The notes under the pieces are model-generated. The model ran no database searches, was not told the DNA's origin, and saw only the letters and a list, made by a program, of their open reading frames with translations. 64,000 nucleotides of DNA, from positions 5,833 through 69,832 of the forward strand of contig CAZKPU010000001.1 of NCBI GenBank assembly GCA_964554715.1. Reading direction: 5' to 3'. This document shows, piece by piece, positions 8,848-18,791 of this stretch (positions are counted from its first letter, which is position 1; every line of letters begins with the position of its first letter). The translations under genes were made by a program, and so were the position numbers. Source of the stretch: an uncultured Thermotogae bacterium (GTDB taxonomy: Bacteria; Bipolaricaulota; Bipolaricaulia; UBA7950; UBA9294).

Positions 8848-9837
8848 CTAATGAGACGCAACCCACGTACCGATTCGCTTGGCGATCTCTTTCGCGTAGG
8901 CCAGCGGTGACAGGTCGGTTCCACCGCTGTAACAATTGGAGCCTGCATTCCATCGTCCGCCGAAGTGAGGATCGAACCCCGAATCCTTCAACCGCAGGGC
9001 GAAGAGAGTCAACCCATCTGGTCGACCTTGCCCCAGCCAGAGCTTGATCCCGTGGCGATACATGCCGTCCTTCGAGCATTTGCCGGGCAAGACGAACATG
9101 ATGGCAGAAGCCTGTGGGAGGAGGGGAAGGAAGAGGCAGCCATCCACGTTGTGCTCCAAGGTTGCATAGCGAACGCTGCCGACGCTCTCGAAGACCTCCC
9201 GGGCAAGCGTCTCGGCTTCCCTCCGCTCTCGCTTGCGGTCCTCGAGTGCCCTCTTTGCAGCGTCCTCGAGCGGTTCTCTCGACAGCAGTTGCTTGAGGTT
9301 CCGCAGAGAGAGTCCGTAGTCGTGGCTGTGGCGTAACCCCTGGAGCAGGTCGGCGATCTCGTTTTCTTCTCCCGTGTGATCGGCGGCGATGGATGCCTTT
9401 CCGAAGCGTTCTTCGGGGGCGAGGTCACCCGCTAGGATTGCTGCAGCGAGGATGCTGTCGCAGTCCGTGTGGTTGATGGCAACCTGTGCTACGCAATCCG
9501 GCTTGCCGAACGCCTGAACTCTCTCGATGGCAAGCGTGGTGCTCGTGACCTCCTGCTGCATTCTCGTTGTGTGTGCGTGATGATCGACGTTGACGATACG
9601 CCCCCATTGATAGCCGCCTGCCGTCTCTCTGCCGTTGGACTCGATTCCCGCGACGCGGAAGTCACACGCGAAGATGAGCCCTCTCGGATAGCAGGCATCG
9701 AGGTTGCGGTATGTGGGCTCACCATCCTTCTCCTTCCACAGGTGGACTCTTTCGTAGCATGGGCTCCCGGGTGGGACGTCTCGCGACGCGTGGTGCGCTA
9801 CGTCGAGCTCAGAGAATCTCATGTTCTCTTGAAGCAT
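8848..9837 (-). CDS. hypothetical protein (possible metal-dependent phosphoesterase-like motifs)
   Basis: 329-aa ORF with an AGGGGG SD. The motifs VNVDHH and NHTDCDS resemble DHH-type signatures, but the family is uncertain. Confidence 0.4.
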   Translation of the reverse strand: MLQENMRFSELDVAHHASRDVPPGSPCYERVHLWKEKDGEPTYRNLDACYPRGLIFACDFRVAGIESNGRETAGGYQWGRIVNVDHHAHTTRMQQEVTSTTLAIERVQAFGKPDCVAQVAINHTDCDSILAAAILAGDLAPEERFGKASIAADHTGEENEIADLLQGLRHSHDYGLSLRNLKQLLSREPLEDAAKRALEDRKRERREAETLAREVFESVGSVRYATLEHNVDGCLFLPLLPQASAIMFVLPGKCSKDGMYRHGIKLWLGQGRPDGLTLFALRLKDSGFDPHFGGRWNAGSNCYSGGTDLSPLAYAKEIAKRIGTWVASH

Positions 9838-9933
9838 GTTGATGAAATGCCCCCTGTTGCGTGGTCGCGGCTATGGCATGAACGGTTGCTTCCGGATGGT
9901 ACCGTGCCGGAGCGCGTCTTGCTCCAACAAGAA

Positions 9934-9956
9934 GCCGGGCCCGTGATGGGCCCGGC
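9934..9956 (-). terminator. GC-rich hairpin downstream of aclA (candidate terminator)
   Basis: GCCGGGCCC-gtgat-GGGCCCGGC is a perfect 9-bp inverted repeat; the U-tract is weak. Confidence 0.35.
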
Positions 9957-9989
9957 GCCTGCGTTTCCAGGGTTTTACCCTGTCCCTGC

Positions 9990-11837
9990 CTATCCCACCT
10001 TGTCCGGTTGCTCCGGCACGTCGTAGAGGATGTCATCCAGTGGATGACGGTACAGACCCTGAGCGAGCCGGTTCTGGTCGAAGTAGTGGCCCATCAGGCC
10101 GATCGAGCGGCCGAGGACGAACAGCGCGTTGAACATCCCCATCTTGATCATCTGGTCGATCTCGGCGTCGCCGAAGCCGACTTCCTTGAGGAGGTCGACA
10201 AGGAGAACGCCGATGCATCCGTCGACGTTGAGGATGAGGTTGTTCTTCTTCTGGGTTGTCACCGCTTCCACTGACAGCGCGTAGTCGAGAAGCGGCGTGG
10301 CCTTGAAGTTCTTCTTGGCGAAGCCCTTCATCAACTCGACCCGTTTGTCGGGGTTCTCCACGGTGTGCAGACGGTGACCGATCCCCTGAACCCGCACGTT
10401 CTTCGCCTTCATGTGGGCGATGAACTCACGGGGCGGCAGTTCGTTTCGCAGTCCGAACAGGAAGTGCTCGGCTGCGCCGTTGACCGCTCCGCCGAATCGG
10501 GGGCCGATGGTGAGGATTCCGCTGACCAGCGAGCTTATCAGGTCTTTGCCCGCCCGGGCCGTGACGATCGTGTTGTGGGCGCCGGATACGGCTGCACCGT
10601 GGTCGGCGATGATCTGGATGACCATCTCCATGAACCGGCGGGCGTAGGCGGGGATGTCCTTCTTGAACCACAGCAATCCAAGGACACCGCCGATCCCGTA
10701 GCCCTGCTCGATCACGTCGTCGATCGGCACTCCGCAGTAGTTGTGGACTTCACCGGATTCATCGCAGATGGTCGAGATGAAGTTGGTGGGCTTACGGACA
10801 AGGCCTTCGGCCTTCGCCTGCTTGTAGTCCATCGGCACATGGGGCGGCTCGAACTCTTCAGCCGGTACGATCGTCCCCGCGGCCACGAGCTTGTCGTAGG
10901 TCGCCTTGATCTTCTCGGCGTAGTCGTCGAAGGAGTCGGGGACGATGACGCCTGCGTCGCGCAACGCTTGATTCTTGGCGTCTGCGGTCTCGTCTTCGCC
11001 GCCGGCCTTGGCGCCGGCGTGGCCGAACTGCACCTGACCGGGAAGAACCTTAGCGCAGGTTCCGGTCGTCCACATCACCAGCGGCTTGGTGATCCGATGA
11101 TCTCTGACAGCGGCTGCGATCTCATGCTCGGCGGTGCCACCGACCTCGCCGAGGCACACGAGCATCTTGATCGCCGGGTTCTGCTCGTATCGGAGAAGGT
11201 GATCGAGAAGACTGGCGCCTGGGTGAGCGTCACCTCCGATCGCGATCCCCTCGTAGACACCGTCGGTGGTCCGCGAAACGATGTTGTATGCTTCGTTCGA
11301 CATCCCTCCGGAGACCGAGACGAACCCCACCGAGCCGGGACGATACAGCTTGGACATCTTGATGTTGTCCATCGTTCCGGCGGTGTTCCCGATTTTGAAC
11401 GCGCCCGCTTTGATCCCGCCGACGGTGGCCGGGCCGATGATCCACTTGTTCTTCGCCTTGGCGGTGGCGGAGAGGATGCGGGCATGACGCTCGGGAACGC
11501 CCTCGGCAATCACGGCGATCGTGCGGATCGTATCCGTCTCCAGGGCCTCCATGGTGGTCTCGAACGCCGAGCGCTGGGATGCGAAGTTGACCATCACATC
11601 CGCGTTGGGGAACTTGCTGACCGCGTCGGCGATGGAGCGAAGCCGCGGGATCGTGATCTCGCGGGTTCCCCAGAAGAACTTCTCGAATCCACCGCGTTCC
11701 GGCGTGATCATCGCAACAACGCTCGGGCTTTCTTTACGGCAGAGATAGTCGAAGTCGAGCATCCGCTGCACTGCGTTGGTCTGCGCACCGTAGATGAACG
11801 CTTTGGTGTCGCGAGAGAAGAGTTCGTAGCTATTCAT
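9990..11837 (-). CDS. aclA: ATP-citrate lyase large subunit (CoA-binding / phospho-His / citrate-synthase-like domains)
   Basis: 615 aa. It aligns to the C-terminal two-thirds of eukaryotic ACLY and carries the GHAGA active-site His region. It overlaps aclB by 8 nt. Confidence 0.85.
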   Translation of the reverse strand: MNSYELFSRDTKAFIYGAQTNAVQRMLDFDYLCRKESPSVVAMITPERGGFEKFFWGTREITIPRLRSIADAVSKFPNADVMVNFASQRSAFETTMEALETDTIRTIAVIAEGVPERHARILSATAKAKNKWIIGPATVGGIKAGAFKIGNTAGTMDNIKMSKLYRPGSVGFVSVSGGMSNEAYNIVSRTTDGVYEGIAIGGDAHPGASLLDHLLRYEQNPAIKMLVCLGEVGGTAEHEIAAAVRDHRITKPLVMWTTGTCAKVLPGQVQFGHAGAKAGGEDETADAKNQALRDAGVIVPDSFDDYAEKIKATYDKLVAAGTIVPAEEFEPPHVPMDYKQAKAEGLVRKPTNFISTICDESGEVHNYCGVPIDDVIEQGYGIGGVLGLLWFKKDIPAYARRFMEMVIQIIADHGAAVSGAHNTIVTARAGKDLISSLVSGILTIGPRFGGAVNGAAEHFLFGLRNELPPREFIAHMKAKNVRVQGIGHRLHTVENPDKRVELMKGFAKKNFKATPLLDYALSVEAVTTQKKNNLILNVDGCIGVLLVDLLKEVGFGDAEIDQMIKMGMFNALFVLGRSIGLMGHYFDQNRLAQGLYRHPLDDILYDVPEQPDKVG

Positions 11838-13116
11838 TCGTTCCTCCCGAAAGCGCCATCGAAACGATGCGCGTCATGTGAGTTTCGGGTCCGTAGACTT
11901 CGACCGGAACGCCGATCTCCTCACCGACGCGGCGCATGTTTTCCAGGCCTTCTTTGAAGTTGGGACCGCCACGGCGGACGTAGACCCTGACCTTGTTCTG
12001 TTGCAGCTTGTCTTTGTAGGCTTTGAGCGCTTGGATGATCCCGGTGAACGTCTTTGCCACGTCCGTGAAGTTGGCGATTCCGCCGCCGATCAGCAGGAAC
12101 TTCGGGCGTCCTTGCGGGTCCGGCTTCCGGGTCATCAAGTCGAGAAGGGTCTTGGCGTATTCGTAGGTCATCTCGGTCGAAGGGTTCCCGGAGTATTCGC
12201 CGTAGCAGGCGAGTTCTTTTGCGAACCCAAGGTCGACGACCGTGTCGGCATAGATCACGCTGGCGCCGCCGCCGGCGACCATCGGCCAAACCCGTCCGTC
12301 CGGGTTGAGAACGGTCAGCTTCAGTGAAGCTCCGGTCTTCTCATCGAGCGACGCGATGTACGCCTCTTCGGGGGTCGCCGTCGATCCGAACGGCTTGGGG
12401 AACTCCAGCTTTCCCCAGACCTCGGCGCATTGGAAGGCGGCCGTGTCATCCATCTTAGCGACCGTATCCAACGGGACGAGTGCGCCTTCGGCAAACGTGA
12501 TCGGGTTGAACTCCAAGTAGGTGAAGTGATACTCGGTGAACACCCGGTACAACGTCTCGATGAATCGGGCTACCTTCTCCTTCTCAGGCAGATCGGGAAG
12601 GGCGTCGGCCACGTGGATCGCTGCCGGATCGCCGAGGATCGGGACATCGAGGGTTGTGACGCTTTCCCACACCTCTTCGATGTCGACGCCTCCCTTGGTC
12701 GAGAAGTGGATGGTGTCCTTGTCATGGCCGGTCGTGAACGCCAGGTAGTACTCTTCCTCGTGGGGGACGAACGGCTCGATCAGGAAGTGCGTCAGCGTAC
12801 CGGTGGTTTCCCCGGTGGTCTGCTGGATCGTGACCGTCTTGTTCATCCTCTCCCGAATCCATGCAACGACTTCATCGAGACGCTTGTTCACGAACAGCAG
12901 GTTGTTCTTGCCGCGCTTCCCGAATAACTGATCCGGCTTACAGACCAACGGCGCACCGGTCAACCACGGGTGTTGTTCGGCAAGCGCATTCAGATCGGTG
13001 TCCGGCGTCACGAGTACCAAGCGGTCCTCGAACTTGAGCGCTCCATCGGACAGCTTGTCGACGGCAGCGGCCAGCATCCGCTTCGCATCGTACTCGCGTA
13101 TTCCTTTCTGTGCCAT
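11830..13116 (-). CDS. aclB: ATP-citrate lyase small subunit (ATP-grasp)
   Basis: 428 aa. There is strong collinearity with the ACLY N-terminus (…HPWLxxxxLVxKPDQLxxRRGK…FLIEPFVPH…GASLKLTxLNPxGRxWxMVAGGGASVxYxDT…). Confidence 0.85.
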   Translation of the reverse strand: MAQKGIREYDAKRMLAAAVDKLSDGALKFEDRLVLVTPDTDLNALAEQHPWLTGAPLVCKPDQLFGKRGKNNLLFVNKRLDEVVAWIRERMNKTVTIQQTTGETTGTLTHFLIEPFVPHEEEYYLAFTTGHDKDTIHFSTKGGVDIEEVWESVTTLDVPILGDPAAIHVADALPDLPEKEKVARFIETLYRVFTEYHFTYLEFNPITFAEGALVPLDTVAKMDDTAAFQCAEVWGKLEFPKPFGSTATPEEAYIASLDEKTGASLKLTVLNPDGRVWPMVAGGGASVIYADTVVDLGFAKELACYGEYSGNPSTEMTYEYAKTLLDLMTRKPDPQGRPKFLLIGGGIANFTDVAKTFTGIIQALKAYKDKLQQNKVRVYVRRGGPNFKEGLENMRRVGEEIGVPVEVYGPETHMTRIVSMALSGGTNE

Positions 13117-13134
13117 GTTGGCTTTCCCCCTACC

Positions 13135-14439
13135 CTAAAGGTTTCCGATGATCTCGTCGCCGAATTCGGAGCACGACAGAAGTGTGGCTCCGTCCATCTG
13201 ACGTTCGAGATCGTAGGTGACACGCTTGTTGTCGATCGCCTTCTTGATCCCGTCAATCACAAGATCCGCGGCCTCCGTCCAGCCCAGATACCGGAGCATC
13301 TCCACGGCCGACAGGATGATGCTGCCGGGGTTCACCCTGTTCTTGCCGGCATGCTTCGGAGCGGTTCCGTGAGTTGCCTCGAAAATGGCGTGGCCGGTGT
13401 TGTAATTGATGTTGGCCCCGGGTGCGACGCCCAGCCCGCCAACCTGAGCTGCGGCCGCATCGGTGACGTAGTCGCCGTTCAGGTTCATGGTTGCAACCAC
13501 CGAGTACTCCGTAGGACGAAGCAGCATCTGCTGGAAGAACTGATCGGCGATCCGATCGTTGATGACGATCTTCCCCTCGGGAACGGTGCCTCCATGTTTC
13601 TGGGCGACCTCGTTCTCGGTGACGAGTTGCGGGTAGTCCTTGGCGACCTCGTATCCCCAATCCCGGAACGCACCCTCGGTGAACTTCATGATATTGCCTT
13701 TGTGGACCAGGGTTACAGTGGGCCTGCCACTCTTGATCGCATACTCGATCGCGGCGCGAACCAGACGCTTCGTTCCTTCTTCACTGATCGGCTTGATCCC
13801 GATTCCGCACATCTTCGGGAAACGGATCGCGGTCGTGACCCCCATCTCGTCCCGCAGCCAGCCTATGACCTTGTCGGCGTCCGGGGTTCCGGCGCGCCAC
13901 TCGATCCCGGCATAGACGTCTTCCGTGTTCTCGCGGAAGAATACAACGTCGACGTCGCCCGGGCGTTTCACGGGTGCCGGCGTGCCGATGTGCTGGACAG
14001 GCCGAACACACGCGTACAGGTCGAGCAGCTTGCGCAGCGTCACATTTAGGCTGCGGATTCCTCCCCCCACCGGGGTCGTCAGGGGACCCTTGATGGCAAC
14101 GAAGTACTTGCGGATGGCTTCGACGGTCTCCTCCGGCAAGTACAGCGCCTGGCGCCTGTCCGGCGGGATCGCGACGATCTCCTCTTCGGAAAGCTCCGGA
14201 TGATTGGTCGCCACGGCCTCATCACCGGCGAGGACCTTCATCCACTCGATCTTTCTTGCCTCCCCGTACGCCTTTCGAACGGCCGCATCAACGACCTTCT
14301 GCATGACGGGAGAAATGTCGACTCCGGTGCCATCTCCACGAATGGCGGGAACAATCGGATGATCGGGGACGTTGAGACGACCGTTGACCATCGTGATCGG
14401 AACACCCGACTCCGGCGGCTGCGGGATGTAGTTGGACAT
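13135..14439 (-). CDS. icd: isocitrate dehydrogenase (NADP, homodimeric prokaryotic type)
   Basis: Near-collinear with E. coli Icd (GDGIGVD…, [19 protein letters not shown]…, NLNGDY…). The true start is MSNYIPQ at ATG 14439 (AAAGGAG SD); the track ORF is N-terminally over-extended. Confidence 0.85.
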   Translation of the reverse strand: MSNYIPQPPESGVPITMVNGRLNVPDHPIVPAIRGDGTGVDISPVMQKVVDAAVRKAYGEARKIEWMKVLAGDEAVATNHPELSEEEIVAIPPDRRQALYLPEETVEAIRKYFVAIKGPLTTPVGGGIRSLNVTLRKLLDLYACVRPVQHIGTPAPVKRPGDVDVVFFRENTEDVYAGIEWRAGTPDADKVIGWLRDEMGVTTAIRFPKMCGIGIKPISEEGTKRLVRAAIEYAIKSGRPTVTLVHKGNIMKFTEGAFRDWGYEVAKDYPQLVTENEVAQKHGGTVPEGKIVINDRIADQFFQQMLLRPTEYSVVATMNLNGDYVTDAAAAQVGGLGVAPGANINYNTGHAIFEATHGTAPKHAGKNRVNPGSIILSAVEMLRYLGWTEAADLVIDGIKKAIDNKRVTYDLERQMDGATLLSCSEFGDEIIGNL

Positions 14440-14456
14440 GGTGTCCTGGCTCCTTT

Positions 14457-15215
14457 TTACTGCACGTGGCTTGCGTGCAGGCCCTCTGAAATCTTCCCGG
14501 CGGAACGCACGACCCGCCGGATCACTCGGTCTCGCTTCTTGCCCTCCAAGCGGTGGGACGGTGCCGACACGCACAACGACGCCACGACTTGGCCGTCTGC
14601 AGCAAGGATCGGCGCACCGATCCCATAGGTTCCTTCATCGACTTCGCTGTCGGACTCTGCGTATCCCAGACTGCGGATTCTGTTGAGTTCCTCATGCAGC
14701 TTCTTGGGGGTTGTGATCGTATTGGCGGTAAACCGCGCAAGCCCGTACCGCTCGATGATGGTGTCTTGGCGTTCGGGATCCAGGAACGCCATCAGCGCCT
14801 TTCCGGATGCACCTGCGTGCAGAGGGAAGACCGCCCCACGCTGGTGCGACACGCGAAGCGCGTGAAGACCTTCGATCCTCTCCAAGCACACGCCGTCGTG
14901 ATCGCGCAGCGAAGAGAGAATCACTGTTTCACCTTCCTGTCTGGACAAGGTACGCATGATCGGCAACGCGATCTCACGCAGGCTTGGCCGGACAACGCAG
15001 CCGGCGAGTTCGAGAATCTTCGTTCCCAGACGATAGATTCCGCTGCGTTCTTGGACGATGAGATGGTGCTTGCGGAGCACGGCGAGATATCGATACGCCG
15101 TACTCGCTGGCAGATCCATGCGCTCAGCGATCTCCCCGGCCGACAGGGCAGGTGTCTCAGGTGAGAACAGGGTGAGGATCCGGATCCCTTTCTCCAGCGT
15201 TGATAGCCCGCTCAT
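14457..15215 (-). CDS. IclR-family transcriptional regulator
   Basis: N-terminal wHTH ([24 protein letters not shown]) and C-terminal IclR effector domain. The preferred start is MSGLST (GGGGG SD). Confidence 0.75.
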   Translation of the reverse strand: MSGLSTLEKGIRILTLFSPETPALSAGEIAERMDLPASTAYRYLAVLRKHHLIVQERSGIYRLGTKILELAGCVVRPSLREIALPIMRTLSRQEGETVILSSLRDHDGVCLERIEGLHALRVSHQRGAVFPLHAGASGKALMAFLDPERQDTIIERYGLARFTANTITTPKKLHEELNRIRSLGYAESDSEVDEGTYGIGAPILAADGQVVASLCVSAPSHRLEGKKRDRVIRRVVRSAGKISEGLHASHVQ

Positions 15216-15305
15216 GACGCCCCCGGCTCGAGAGGATCGCACAGAGGCCGTGCGGGCCTCTTCTTGGGGAGGCGCACGCACGGCTTAGATCCACAATCGG
15301 AGTCG

Positions 15306-15331
15306 ATGGAGACACATTTCCTCATCTCCAT
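15306..15331 (-). promoter_or_regulatory. perfect 7-bp inverted repeat ATGGAGA-N12-TCTCCAT upstream of iclR (candidate operator)
   Basis: Seen directly in the acn-iclR spacer. Confidence 0.3.
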
Positions 15332-15351
15332 CGTCGCCGGATTGATATCGT

Positions 15352-17235
15352 TCATTGTGTTGTGTAGGCAAGCAGTCCGCCCGCTCGGATCATGTCCATC
15401 TCGCGCTCGGACAGATCGTGGCGGATCTCGATCGTCTCCCCCGTGGTCCGGTTGAGCACGGAAAGCGGCCGGGTGAGATCCGAAACATCGATCTCGAGTT
15501 CGTCTCCCGGATTCAACCGATCCGTATCGGCCATGAACGGGATGATCCCGACGTTGATCAGATTCGCACGGTGAATCCGTGCGTAGGTCTTGGCAAAGAC
15601 GGCCTTGATGCCGAGCTGCCAAGGAGCGAGCGCTGCGTGCTCTCTGGAAGAGCCTTGGCCGTAGTTGTCTCCACCCACAATGAAGCCGCCGTTCTTCTCG
15701 GTGGCGCGGTCGGCGAACTCCTTATCCTCGTAGAAGAAGGTGAACTTCGCGATCTCCGGAAGGTTGCTGCGGAGATGCTGAGTCAACGGACCGGCCGGAA
15801 GGATGGCGTCTGTAGAGATGCCGTCTCCGACCTTGAGAAGGACCTCTCCTTTCAGCGTCTGAGGGAGAGGCTGTTGCGGTCGCAGAGCGACGATATTCGG
15901 TCCTCGGCGGATCTCCATCGAAGCGCCGGCCGGCTCGAGGATGAGCGTGTCGTCGATCGTTAGGCTGGAGACCTCGACTTCGACCGCGGGCAGCTTCCGC
16001 GGATCGGCGATCGCCCCAGCGAGCGCCGAAGCCGCAGCAACCTGCGGGCTGCAAAGGGCGAGCTTCCCGAACTTGTTTCCGCCGCGACCTTTCCAGTTTC
16101 GGTTCACCGTTCGCAGAGAGAGGTGTTCGTGACCGGGAACGAACCCGATTCCGATGCAAGCATTGCATCCCGGCTCGATCATCCGGACACCGGCCTTGGT
16201 CATCGCCAAGAAGCTTCCGTCCTCCATCAGCATCTCCCAGGCCTGTCGCGATCCGGGTGATACAACGACATCGATGTCGGGAGAGACCTTCTTGCCCTTC
16301 AGAATCTCGGCCGCGATCTTCACATCCTGATAGCTTCCGTTTGTGCACGATCCGATGTAGACCTGATCGATCTTCGTACCCTCGACTTCTTCGATGTCGA
16401 AGACGTTGTCGGGCATTCCGGGCATGGCAACCAGCGGCTTCAGCGCAGACAGGTCGATCTCGATCGTCTTGTCGTAGGTTGCCCCCGGATCAGGCTGTAC
16501 GGCGACCCAATCCCCCTCTCGCTCCTGCATGGCAAGGAACTGCCGGGTGATGTCGTCGGACGGGAAGATCGACGAGGTAGCTCCCGTTTCCGTACACAGG
16601 TTGGTGATCGTAGCGCGTTCGGGAACGGTCAGCGTCTTTACTCCGGGGCCGTCGAATTCGAGGAAGTACCCCACGCCTCCCTTCACCGAGATGCGTCGCA
16701 GAATCTCGAACGCGATGTCTTTGGCCGCAGCGCCCCAGGGCAGCTTCCCGGTGAGCACGACCCGCAGCGTTTGCGGAACGGTCAAATAAAACAACCCGCC
16801 GCCCATGGCGACGGCGACATCGACCCCTCCTGCACCGATTCCGAGCATCCCCAATCCGCCTGCCGTCGGGGTGTGCGAATCGGACCCGAGAAGCGTCTTG
16901 CCGGGAACGCCGAACCGCTCGTAGTGAAGCTGGTGGCAAACGCCGTTCCCGTTCTTGGAGAACTTGGCGCCGTAGTGGGAAGCGATCGTCTGCAGGAAGA
17001 TATGGTCGTCCGTTGACTCGCCCTTGAATCCGAGCGATGTGTGATCGGAGTACGATACGACCGTCTCCGCCTTGACCCGATCCAATCCGAGCGATTCGAA
17101 CTCCAGCCAGGCCATCGTTCCGGTCGAATCCTGCGTCAGACAGTGATCAATCTGGATTCCGACGGGGGTTCCTTTGGTGAGTTCCCCCTCCCGAATGTGA
17201 TGGGAGAGGATCTTTTCCGTGATCGTCTGCGGCAC
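15352..17235 (-). CDS. acn: aconitate hydratase, ~630-aa Aquifex/archaeal type (fused catalytic and swivel domains)
   Basis: Aconitase-family Fe-S ligand motifs (…GSCTNGS…, …CNACIGIG…) and a C-terminal swivel domain. The likely start is GTG 17235 (MPQTITEKIL, AGAGGTGAT SD); the track start at 17292 is an alternative. Confidence 0.75.
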   Translation of the reverse strand: MPQTITEKILSHHIREGELTKGTPVGIQIDHCLTQDSTGTMAWLEFESLGLDRVKAETVVSYSDHTSLGFKGESTDDHIFLQTIASHYGAKFSKNGNGVCHQLHYERFGVPGKTLLGSDSHTPTAGGLGMLGIGAGGVDVAVAMGGGLFYLTVPQTLRVVLTGKLPWGAAAKDIAFEILRRISVKGGVGYFLEFDGPGVKTLTVPERATITNLCTETGATSSIFPSDDITRQFLAMQEREGDWVAVQPDPGATYDKTIEIDLSALKPLVAMPGMPDNVFDIEEVEGTKIDQVYIGSCTNGSYQDVKIAAEILKGKKVSPDIDVVVSPGSRQAWEMLMEDGSFLAMTKAGVRMIEPGCNACIGIGFVPGHEHLSLRTVNRNWKGRGGNKFGKLALCSPQVAAASALAGAIADPRKLPAVEVEVSSLTIDDTLILEPAGASMEIRRGPNIVALRPQQPLPQTLKGEVLLKVGDGISTDAILPAGPLTQHLRSNLPEIAKFTFFYEDKEFADRATEKNGGFIVGGDNYGQGSSREHAALAPWQLGIKAVFAKTYARIHRANLINVGIIPFMADTDRLNPGDELEIDVSDLTRPLSVLNRTTGETIEIRHDLSEREMDMIRAGGLLAYTTQ

Positions 17236-17345
17236 AGCAATCACCTCTGCGCTGCGCGCGGCGGAAGGCTGCATGCGCAACTGCGCCGCCACGCGCGGGT
17301 GCGTTTCTCACATGATGAGAAGGGAGTCTCATTTTGTGGTTGCGC

Positions 17346-17374
17346 ATCGTAGACGATCCTTGAGGAATTGTCAA
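17346..17374 (-). promoter_or_regulatory. sigma70-type promoter of the acn/rTCA cluster
   Basis: Minus-strand TTGACA (17374-17369), 17-nt spacer, TACGAT (17351-17346). Confidence 0.55.
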
Positions 17375-17408
17375 GCGGAAACCCCGGGAAGTAAGGAGAG
17401 CGTTTGTC

Positions 17409-18791
17409 CTATGCGAGGAGGTCAGATTTCGCATCGGCGTAAGCGCCGTTTCGAACGGATTTTGCGGCGTTGAGTCCAGCGCGCACGGCCCCCTCGATCG
17501 TTGAGGGCCATCCGGTTTCGATCCAGTCTCCGGCGAGCTGCAACCCAGCAATCCCTGAACAGGCGTGAGGGCGAAACGCATCGGCACCGGGGTCGGCAAC
17601 AAACGTCGCTTCTCGCCAACGAGATGCGAACCATCCGCGAAGGCCGGCCGATGCCGTTGGGGGCAGAAGGCGCGTCAGCGGGTCGAGGAGCGAGTTGAGG
17701 ATCTCTACGTCGGGAAGCGAGATGAGATCGTGGGCGTTGCTCTGCGAAAGCACGAGATGATGACCGATCGGCTCATGCCGGATCGCCGACACGTCGAAGA
17801 CCGCTTGAACCGGTCCGTCCACGGCGATGAAAAACGGTTGCTTCCTCTGCATCACCGGTCGATCGAACCACAGGTGCAGGTTCACAATCGGTGCCCAGCG
17901 GAGGTTCAAGGCAGAGCGGATGGCTTGCTGGATGCGCCCTTCGACGTTGCTGCGGAGCATCGCGACCAGATGGGCGGGAGGAACGGCGGCAACCACCGAG
18001 GACGCGCTGATGCGATCTCCGGTGGATAGCTGAACACCGACACAACGCCCGTCTCGAATCTCGATCGATCGGACCCGGGTCCTCAGCCGGACCGTTCCAC
18101 CATGATGTTCGATGTACGGAACCGCTGCACCGAACAACTGGGAGAGAGGGCGAAGGAAGAAGCCCAAGTCCGCACCGTGAGGGGAAAGAAACGCATCCCG
18201 AAACACCTTGGCTGCAGCGCCGATGTCAACAGTGGACGCAGCTGCATTGAGTGCGGCGATCGACACCGGATCCCAAAAACGGGCGATCGTTCTCTCCGAC
18301 TGAGCCCTGCGGCGAAGCCACGCGGCGAACGTCTCCTCTTCTTTGGGCGCCCTCAGCCAGAGAGTCAGTGCCGCTGGGAGAACTCGGATCCGGTCTGCCG
18401 TCGACAACGGGCGGTACCGAAGCAGGCTGGGGAGGAGGTTGAGCGGCGAGGGAAGAGGGGCTGAGGCGATCCGCGCGCGAATCGGTTCTGGAACGTCATG
18501 GGTTGTGATCGGTACTTCCAGCGAGGGCTGGAAGCAGACATCATCTCCGACGCCAAGACGTCGGAACAACGCTGTCGATTCGGTACAGCAGCGCATGAGA
18601 ACGTGCTGTCCTGCATCAAGATCGCCGAATATCGGGTGAGAAAGCGAACCGGCGCGTCCTCCGAGCCGGGGACCCTGCTCGATGAGGGTGACGCGGTATC
18701 CGTGGTCTGCGAGCGAGCAGGCGCAAGCGATGCCGGCGGCACCGCCGCCGACTATGATGATCGGGTCGGAAGGCATCTTGTCCCGATCCAT
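17409..18791 (-). CDS. hpnE: hydroxysqualene dehydroxylase (FAD-dependent, HpnE)
   Basis: 460 aa with an N-terminal GGGAAG FAD motif. It is the last gene after hpnC-hpnD. Confidence 0.75.
   Translation of the reverse strand: MDRDKMPSDPIIIVGGGAAGIACACSLADHGYRVTLIEQGPRLGGRAGSLSHPIFGDLDAGQHVLMRCCTESTALFRRLGVGDDVCFQPSLEVPITTHDVPEPIRARIASAPLPSPLNLLPSLLRYRPLSTADRIRVLPAALTLWLRAPKEEETFAAWLRRRAQSERTIARFWDPVSIAALNAAASTVDIGAAAKVFRDAFLSPHGADLGFFLRPLSQLFGAAVPYIEHHGGTVRLRTRVRSIEIRDGRCVGVQLSTGDRISASSVVAAVPPAHLVAMLRSNVEGRIQQAIRSALNLRWAPIVNLHLWFDRPVMQRKQPFFIAVDGPVQAVFDVSAIRHEPIGHHLVLSQSNAHDLISLPDVEILNSLLDPLTRLLPPTASAGLRGWFASRWREATFVADPGADAFRPHACSGIAGLQLAGDWIETGWPSTIEGAVRAGLNAAKSVRNGAYADAKSDLLA

Noticed and set aside
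10365-11957. Long plus-strand ORF (530 aa)
   Set aside because: It is antisense to aclA with a low-complexity Arg/Gly/Asp-rich translation; an artefact. The same reasoning rejects 12970-14049, 22489-24063, 38134-39696, 42815-43660, 53265-54683 and 57169-58080.
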